Positions 57,994-64,000 of a DNA stretch of 64,000 nt are shown in pieces. Origin of the DNA: Myxococcales bacterium. Its GTDB lineage: Bacteria > Myxococcota_A > UBA9160 > UBA4427. The translations under genes and the position numbers were made by a program. Below the pieces are notes generated by a model. The model searched no databases and was not told the DNA's origin. It saw only the letters and a program-made list of their open reading frames with translations. How positions within the stretch are numbered: position 1 is the stretch's first letter; each line of letters starts with the position of its first letter. The stretch covers positions 9,025 to 73,024 of the forward strand of contig JADFNE010000016.1 in NCBI GenBank assembly GCA_022563535.1. Direction: 5' to 3'.

Positions 57994-60168
57994 GTGAGTA
58001 TTGCAAGCGCTCGAAGCCTCTTTTCCGATCACTGCGATCCGCAGGAATATATTCCGCGACGGGCGACCGAAGACATCATCCGGAACCTGACTTCGCTGGT
58101 GCGCGAAGGCGAACCCGCCATTGTGCTGCGGGGGCCAGCGGGAATTGGCAAGTCCATGTTGTTGCAGATTCTCGCCGAGCGACTGTCCGATGAGCGCAGG
58201 GTCGCGTACGTGTCGGTTTCATCGACGCCGGAGCCGGAACTCTGCCACCGAGTGCTGGAGTTCCTGGACGAGCCCGCGGCGGAAGATCCCGTCGGGGCGC
58301 TGATCTCGGCTGCGCAACTCGCGGCAGATGGTCACCGACGACTGCTGCTACTGATCGATCACGCAGAGAGAACCCCGATCGCCTCATCCCAACAGCTGGT
58401 ACGAGCCGCTGCGAGTGCCGCTCCCCACCTGACAGTAATCTTCGCCGTCCGCGATGGCGAAGGAGCCGACGATTTCATCCAGGCTCTCGAAGCGCAATTG
58501 TGCGGCATCCTCGTAGCCTTCGACCAGGCCATGAATGAGGCTGAGTCCTTGGACTACTTGCGCCGCACCCTGGCCCGCGGCGAACTTCCCGAGGATCTGC
58601 GATCTCGACTCGACCCGCCGACGCTGGCCTGGATCATTCAGGGATCCAAAGGTCTGCCCGGGGAAATCAACCGCTGGGCCCTCGATTTGTTCGACCGGTA
58701 CGAACGCGGAGAGAACCCGCTCGTCCCCGAGAGTCCGGAGCAGAAAGTTGCGGAGCCGGAATCGGAATCGACTGGCACCGCGGCCTCGTCACTGGCCAGG
58801 CCAATGAGCCTCGGAGGGATGTTGCTCGGTCCGCGAAAAACCGCGGAGTACGATCTGAATATTGACCTCAATTTCGTGCCGAACATGGGTTCCACGCCGA
58901 TCAAATCGTCGCCGACTCCGCCTGCAGCGAAGCGCGACGGAGATCCGGTAGCGCTACCCAAAGGCGTGAAGCCGGGTCCGGTACCCAGGGTACAACCGAG
59001 GTCCGGTAGACTGAAAATACCTGCTCTCGGTCACCGCCCCCTGCTCCTGACGTTCGGGTTCGTCACAATCCTGGGTGTCGTGATTGCTCTGGGATATCTG
59101 GCGAGCCAACTCCCCGACCTCGCTCCCGCCGATCCAGCAGCGGGCCCGAGTCTCGAACCCCCCATAGCAGTACCTGGCGTTGCTGAGCTCCCGGATGCCG
59201 AGCCTCCCGTAATCTTGGCGCGCACGGTCGAGACTCCCCCTGCCGTCGTGGAACCGCCCACACCGGAGGAGAACACCGCAGCGACGCCCGAGGTCGAGGA
59301 CTCGCAAGTGCCTGAGCCCCAGGAGCTGAAGCTCCCGGCGCTGACCCCAGCACCTCAACCCGACACTGCAAAGGTTCAGTCGGCCCAACCTGAGCCTCCT
59401 CTCGCCAAGACCGAGTTACCAGAGCGCCAGGAACTTTCCCTCGCCGAAGCGGACCTGCTATTGACCAGCACCTTCGACAATTTATACGGCTCCGATCAGA
59501 TCCAGACCGTGACGTTCTACGCTCTCCAGGACGACGTGGAGCTACCCGTCGAAACCCTCAGGCTGGCGCGAAAGCACATTAGCGATCGCATCCATACCCT
59601 GGGATTCTTGACAGGTGTCGGCCAACTGCCCAAGATCCGCATCCTCAGTATCGAGAGCGGCTCCAGCCAGGACGAACGTTACGCCTACCTCCCGGGCGAG
59701 CAGAAGGCTCTTCGGCTTTCGGGCGACGACGCGCTGGACCCCTTCGAGGGAACCCATTTCAGCTATGAAGACTTCCGACCGCGAAGCCTGAAAAGCTTTC
59801 GGGTCGCAAAGCTCGAGCAGAGCACGTTGGGCTACGAGCCCGTCTACGTGATCACTGCCCTTCCGCTCTTCGAAGCCGACTACGACACGGTCGAACTCTT
59901 CGTCGGCTGGGAAGACCAGGCGCTCCTCGAACAGCGCTACTTTCGAAGCGGGCAAGAGCAGCCCTATCGCTCGATCGGCCATCCCCGGGAGTACATGGAA
60001 ACGGTGAGGGGATCCATCCTGCCCAACCGCGTCATCGTCAACAATTTCGATAGCGGGACCACGGCTCTAGCGCGCATCCAATACAGTCGCACGGCAGACG
60101 ATCTCGACGATAGCCTGTTCACCCTCAGCAGTTTCGAGGCACAGGACTTTCGTTTCCCGAGTCCCTGA
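57994..60168 (+). CDS. ExeA/GspA-like AAA ATPase - TM - Pro-rich linker - LolA-like domain fusion
   Basis: GPAGIGKS, LLLIDHAE, SKGLPGEIN; TM LLLTFGFVTILGVVIALGYL; C-terminal DERYAYLP..PFEGTHFSYEDF..DDSLFT. Confidence 0.75.
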   Translation: MSIASARSLFSDHCDPQEYIPRRATEDIIRNLTSLVREGEPAIVLRGPAGIGKSMLLQILAERLSDERRVAYVSVSSTPEPELCHRVLEFLDEPAAEDPVGALISAAQLAADGHRRLLLLIDHAERTPIASSQQLVRAAASAAPHLTVIFAVRDGEGADDFIQALEAQLCGILVAFDQAMNEAESLDYLRRTLARGELPEDLRSRLDPPTLAWIIQGSKGLPGEINRWALDLFDRYERGENPLVPESPEQKVAEPESESTGTAASSLARPMSLGGMLLGPRKTAEYDLNIDLNFVPNMGSTPIKSSPTPPAAKRDGDPVALPKGVKPGPVPRVQPRSGRLKIPALGHRPLLLTFGFVTILGVVIALGYLASQLPDLAPADPAAGPSLEPPIAVPGVAELPDAEPPVILARTVETPPAVVEPPTPEENTAATPEVEDSQVPEPQELKLPALTPAPQPDTAKVQSAQPEPPLAKTELPERQELSLAEADLLLTSTFDNLYGSDQIQTVTFYALQDDVELPVETLRLARKHISDRIHTLGFLTGVGQLPKIRILSIESGSSQDERYAYLPGEQKALRLSGDDALDPFEGTHFSYEDFRPRSLKSFRVAKLEQSTLGYEPVYVITALPLFEADYDTVELFVGWEDQALLEQRYFRSGQEQPYRSIGHPREYMETVRGSILPNRVIVNNFDSGTTALARIQYSRTADDLDDSLFTLSSFEAQDFRFPSP

Positions 60169-60223
60169 CTGCGATCGCCCAGCCAAAACTACGAGTGACT
60201 GAACCACCGTACCGGTCGCCGAA

Positions 60224-63200
60224 TCAGAGCATGTATCGCGCCCGGCATTCCTTGACCACTTCGCGCAACAGTCGCTCTGCGTCTCGGTCGCAACCAAAGA
60301 AGACCACGCCGACTCCGGGGACCCGGTAGACCCGCTCCGAATCTTCGCGTTGTTGGTAGACCACCCGAGCAAATCCGCGAAAGCGTTCATTGCCTAGATC
60401 AAATTCGACACGCAGCTGCGCACCAACCCCGGGAAGCTCCTTCATTTCGATAAACGCGCCACGCTCGGAGAGGCTCGAGATCACCGCGACTTCTCTTCGA
60501 GTACCCATGCGCAGGCTCGCCATCAGGTTGATGGGGAATCGGACGTTCTTCCTTTCGGACACTTCGGCGGGGAGCGCCATCGCACATTTCACTAGAAAAC
60601 GCAGCTCTTCATCGTCGAAGGGTGCCCATAGCACCCAGTCCGCACCGGCCTTTCGAATTTCCGCCTTCCGCTTCGCATCCGGCTCTACACCGAGCACGAC
60701 AAGAGGAGGTCGGGCCCCAATCTCTCGGGCCATGTGCTCGAGAACTTTGCCGGCTTCTTCGAGATCGCAGTCCGGAGAGATTGCCAGAAGTCGGATCAGC
60801 TCCTTCTCCTGATTGATGAAGAGATGGGCTTCGTCCAGAGCGGTAGCGTGGTGCATGTCGACCCCGAGGCGCCCCAGGCGCAGGGCCACGGGACCGAGCG
60901 AACCGTTCTGATCGTCGACGATCAGAACTCGGCTGCTCACCTCAGCCCGCGATATCGCAGCTTCGAGGGAGGGGCCGGTGCTCGAATCGTCCGCAAGGGA
61001 CTTGGGAATCGGCAACATGTCATCATCGAGGCTTTCGCCCCGGGAATCTTCTCCGATGGACTGCACTTCAAGGGGCCCCAGGTTCGGTCGGGCGATGGGC
61101 GGCCTCTCGCCCTCGCGCGCGAGGTAGCGATACGCTTCGTCCGCGGGAAGCGCCGGGGCATAGATAAAGCCTTGAACCTGATCGCACTTCATCCTGCGAA
61201 GAGGTTCGAGCTGACTTTCGAGGTCGATGCCCTCGGCCACTACCGTCAACCCGAGGCTATGCGCCATGGCGACCACGGCGCTTGCGATTCCCTCGGCGGA
61301 TCCGCTGGTAGCGATGTCTCGCAAAAGTGAGCGATCCATCTTCAGTACGTCGAGGGGAAAGCGATTGAGGCACGTGATGGCTGAATATCCGGTACCAAAG
61401 TCGTCGAGTGCGACTCGCAAACCGATCGAGCGCAGGTCGCGGAGCGAGACTTCGGTGGTTTCTCCTTCCTCGAATAGCAGGCTCTCGGTCAATTCCAACT
61501 CGAGGAGCTGCGGATCGATATTGAACTTCTTCAGCGCGTCGCAAACGACACGTTGAAGATCCATTTCCGCAAATTGAATACTGGAAACATTGACCGAGAT
61601 CGGAACCGTGACGAGACCGCTGTCCTGCCAGCTTCGCAATTGCTGGCAAGTCTGGTCGAGACACCAGGCACCCAGCTCACAGATCAGCCCTTGTCCTTCG
61701 GCGATCGGGATGAATTCGGCGGGAGTGACGACACCAAGCTCTGCGCTCGTCCAGCGCAGCAGCGCCTCGAAACCAGCCACGGTTCCCGACGCGAGGTCGA
61801 TCTTCGGCTGGTAGTGGACTCTGAGTTCGCCCAGATCGATCGCGTTGGCGAGGCCCTCCTTGATGAGTCGCTCGCGGTCAGATTTCTCTTCAAACGCACG
61901 CTCGAAGCGAGCGACCCGTTTACGACCTCGGTGCTTGGCGACGTAGAGCGCGGTGTCGGCATGGCGTATGAGCGTCTCGGCGTCCGATCCATCCTCGGGG
62001 TAGACGGAGATTCCAACGCTGCCAGAACTCGTGAGCGTCTGGCTCGCGAGCTTTACCGGCTTGTTCAGGAGAGCGAGGATCTTTTCCCCGAGTTCATTGG
62101 TGGCTTCGAGGCCCTTGATACCCGGTGCGATCAGGGCAAACTCGTCTCCGGCCAACCGAGCGAAGCAGATCTCACCGCAGCTCTCATCGCACAGCGCCAA
62201 GAATTCTTCTTTGCGGATATGGCTACTGAAACGTTCGGCCAATGTCTGAAGAAAGGCGTCGCCGGTAGCGTGTCCAAAGGAATCGTTGATTCCCTTGAAG
62301 TGATCGAGATCAATGTAGTAGATCGCAACGGAACTCTCTTCGATCTCCGCGGCCTCTAACGCCTGCACAAGGTTGTCCAAAAACTGGCGACGGTTTGCCA
62401 GACCCGTCAGGCTGTCGTTGTGGGCGAGATGAACCAGTCTTCGCTCATTGCGATGTCGCGATGTGACATCGCGAATCAATACGCCACGCAGTCCCTTCAG
62501 TGGACCCGATGATTCCAAGGGACTCGTCCAGGCTTCGAAGACACGCCCCGACGCCGACTTCATTCGCTGCCGTCGCTGCTTCGGATCTTCCAGCACATGG
62601 CGTATGGCTTTGGGAGCCATTGGCGGACTTTCGGGCCACAAGACCGGGGGAGGCAAGTTGAGCGTCGAGCGCGCAATCGGGTTTGCATCCACCAGGTGCC
62701 CGGCCTGGTCCACCACAAGAATGCCGTCGTGGGTCGCCTCGATCGAAGCGGCTCGAGCATGGGCAATTCGTATGGCCCAATTTCCGGGTGACACAATCAA
62801 GGCACACAGGACTGCGGCTATGATTCCAAGTTCGATCGGCGCCAGCACGGGTTGCTGACCCAGCATCAAGAGCGCCTGGCCGACTGCCGCGGGTACCAGG
62901 CTCGCGACGCCGGTCGCCAAGAGGATCCAGGGTCGCTGAGATGGCTCGCCGTGGAAAAAAAGCAATAGGGCGATCACGCAGCCCGCGGTGACCAATTCGG
63001 GCGGAACAATTTGATCCCACTGAAATGACGGCGTCACATCCCCGATTAGCCAGATCACCGCCGAGGCAACTAGAACCAGCAGGCTGCCGGAGAAAAGGCC
63101 GGCGATCACAGCACTCGCAGGGGCCGAGCCGTGGTGCGTCTCTGGACTTCGAGAAGGCGCTTGCAGAATACGATGGAGCCGACCGAAGACCCCAAGAACT

Positions 63201-63256
63201 GAGGACACGACGGACTTTAGGGCTTGTTTTGCATAGGGCTGTGGCGATCTCTGCAT
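60224..63256 (-). CDS. Membrane PAS-GGDEF-EAL protein with C-terminal REC-like and PilZ domains
   Basis: DSLTGLANR, DLDHFK, RLAGDEF, YQP, EALLRW, DDFGTGYS; C-terminal ERKNVR and SLSERG; start uncertain. Confidence 0.88.
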   Translation of the reverse strand: MQRSPQPYAKQALKSVVSSVLGVFGRLHRILQAPSRSPETHHGSAPASAVIAGLFSGSLLVLVASAVIWLIGDVTPSFQWDQIVPPELVTAGCVIALLLFFHGEPSQRPWILLATGVASLVPAAVGQALLMLGQQPVLAPIELGIIAAVLCALIVSPGNWAIRIAHARAASIEATHDGILVVDQAGHLVDANPIARSTLNLPPPVLWPESPPMAPKAIRHVLEDPKQRRQRMKSASGRVFEAWTSPLESSGPLKGLRGVLIRDVTSRHRNERRLVHLAHNDSLTGLANRRQFLDNLVQALEAAEIEESSVAIYYIDLDHFKGINDSFGHATGDAFLQTLAERFSSHIRKEEFLALCDESCGEICFARLAGDEFALIAPGIKGLEATNELGEKILALLNKPVKLASQTLTSSGSVGISVYPEDGSDAETLIRHADTALYVAKHRGRKRVARFERAFEEKSDRERLIKEGLANAIDLGELRVHYQPKIDLASGTVAGFEALLRWTSAELGVVTPAEFIPIAEGQGLICELGAWCLDQTCQQLRSWQDSGLVTVPISVNVSSIQFAEMDLQRVVCDALKKFNIDPQLLELELTESLLFEEGETTEVSLRDLRSIGLRVALDDFGTGYSAITCLNRFPLDVLKMDRSLLRDIATSGSAEGIASAVVAMAHSLGLTVVAEGIDLESQLEPLRRMKCDQVQGFIYAPALPADEAYRYLAREGERPPIARPNLGPLEVQSIGEDSRGESLDDDMLPIPKSLADDSSTGPSLEAAISRAEVSSRVLIVDDQNGSLGPVALRLGRLGVDMHHATALDEAHLFINQEKELIRLLAISPDCDLEEAGKVLEHMAREIGARPPLVVLGVEPDAKRKAEIRKAGADWVLWAPFDDEELRFLVKCAMALPAEVSERKNVRFPINLMASLRMGTRREVAVISSLSERGAFIEMKELPGVGAQLRVEFDLGNERFRGFARVVYQQREDSERVYRVPGVGVVFFGCDRDAERLLREVVKECRARYML

Positions 63257-63317
63257 CGATCATGCCCACTTCAAGGGAAGCCACGGGATCTGACCGAGAA
63301 CCCCCAGATTCAAGTCA

Positions 63318-63344
63318 TTATCGTCCGATCGTGCACAGATCTGA
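63318..63344 (-). promoter_or_regulatory. Candidate sigma28-type promoter upstream of the GGDEF-EAL-PilZ gene
   Basis: Minus strand TCAG-N15-GACGATAA. Confidence 0.35.
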
Positions 63345-63357
63345 AGCGGATGGCAGC

Positions 63358-64000
63358 CTAGGTCCGGATTCGAACGCCCTTGGGGTCGTACATCGGTCGC
63401 AGGGATGGCTTGGCGGGATAGCGCGTTCCGGAGACTTCGATTTCATAATGGCCGCTCTTGATGAAATCGATCGACACCCCGGCTTCGTTCGCGACGGGCC
63501 CCAGGCCCACGGCACCGCCTAGGGTATGGCCGTAGCCCCCAGCCTTGATGTAACCAACCCGAACGCCGTCGCGAAAGATGGTTTCGTTGTGGTGCATTAC
63601 CGGCTCCGGGTCCTCGAGCAGAAACTGCACGAGGCGAGTCTTCGGTAAACCGGCGTCCTTCTGCTTCAACAACGCTTCTCTGCCAATGAAGCCACCCGGC
63701 TTGTCCCACGAGACTGCAAATCCGAGCCCGACTTCCAGCGGGGTGTCTTCGTTGTCGATGTCAGCGGCCCAGTCGCGATAGGCCTTCTCGAGGCGCAGCG
63801 TTTCGAGCGCTGCGAGCCCTGCATGCTTGAGCCCCACCTTCTTGCCGGCTTCCATGAGCAGGTCGAAGACATGAAGCGTCTGCTCGGTCGGTACATACAG
63901 CTCGTAGCCCAGCTCGCCCACGTAGGTGATTCGCATGGCCTTGACCATCGCATACCCGATCTCGATCTCCTGCATGGACGGGTACGGGAAGGCCTCTGTC
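63358..64000 (-). CDS. GcvT-family (dimethylglycine/sarcosine dehydrogenase-like) protein, 3' part
   Basis: RITYVGELGYEL, LRLEKAYR, FIGREAL, YDPKG; 5' end is outside the window. Confidence 0.9.
   Translation of the reverse strand, partial: TEAFPYPSMQEIEIGYAMVKAMRITYVGELGYELYVPTEQTLHVFDLLMEAGKKVGLKHAGLAALETLRLEKAYRDWAADIDNEDTPLEVGLGFAVSWDKPGGFIGREALLKQKDAGLPKTRLVQFLLEDPEPVMHHNETIFRDGVRVGYIKAGGYGHTLGGAVGLGPVANEAGVSIDFIKSGHYEIEVSGTRYPAKPSLRPMYDPKGVRIRT

Noticed and set aside
1..64000. CRISPR array, tRNA (including tRNA-Sec), rRNA, sel genes
   Set aside because: No regularly spaced repeats, cloverleaf or rRNA-like sequence recognised by eye, and no selA/B/D ORFs. A covariance-model search was not possible.

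Overview
A gene-dense, GC-rich bacterial chromosomal segment with about 50 CDS. I recognised no rRNA, tRNA or CRISPR array. Gene content suggests a diderm, Myxococcota/deltaproteobacteria-like organism, but this is inference only. Contents: greB; an orphan ParA and a Ser/Thr kinase facing a receptor-less chemosensory operon (cheA-cheW-cheB-cheR-cheY-HDOD-cheX); LolA-like/DUF1302 lipid-traffic genes; a PlsC-GT87-LtaS-like envelope operon; pyk; three P450s, one a CYP51-ferredoxin fusion in a mycobacterial-style cyp51 neighbourhood; an HpnN-type RND transporter; two F420-type LLM enzymes; an IS3 scar; an ExeA-like ATPase fused to a LolA-like domain; and a GGDEF-EAL-PilZ protein. The main hidden signal is two genes that the ORF track splits or truncates at an in-frame TGA and that read as selenoproteins. 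The first is a UGSC-motif protein (20975..21514, U99) whose U-G-S-C-T-S-C segment resembles the GrdB/PrdB active site; it is coupled to a thioredoxin-fused partner. The second is a DsbA/HCCA-isomerase/kappa-GST-fold protein (39818..40426, YDYA-U-PWAY, U12) at the end of a CoA-transferase-GST operon. Both carry a hairpin with the same GCAGT apex at +17..+21 after the UGA, as expected for a shared SECIS. All family calls are by-eye motif recognition; no searches were run.
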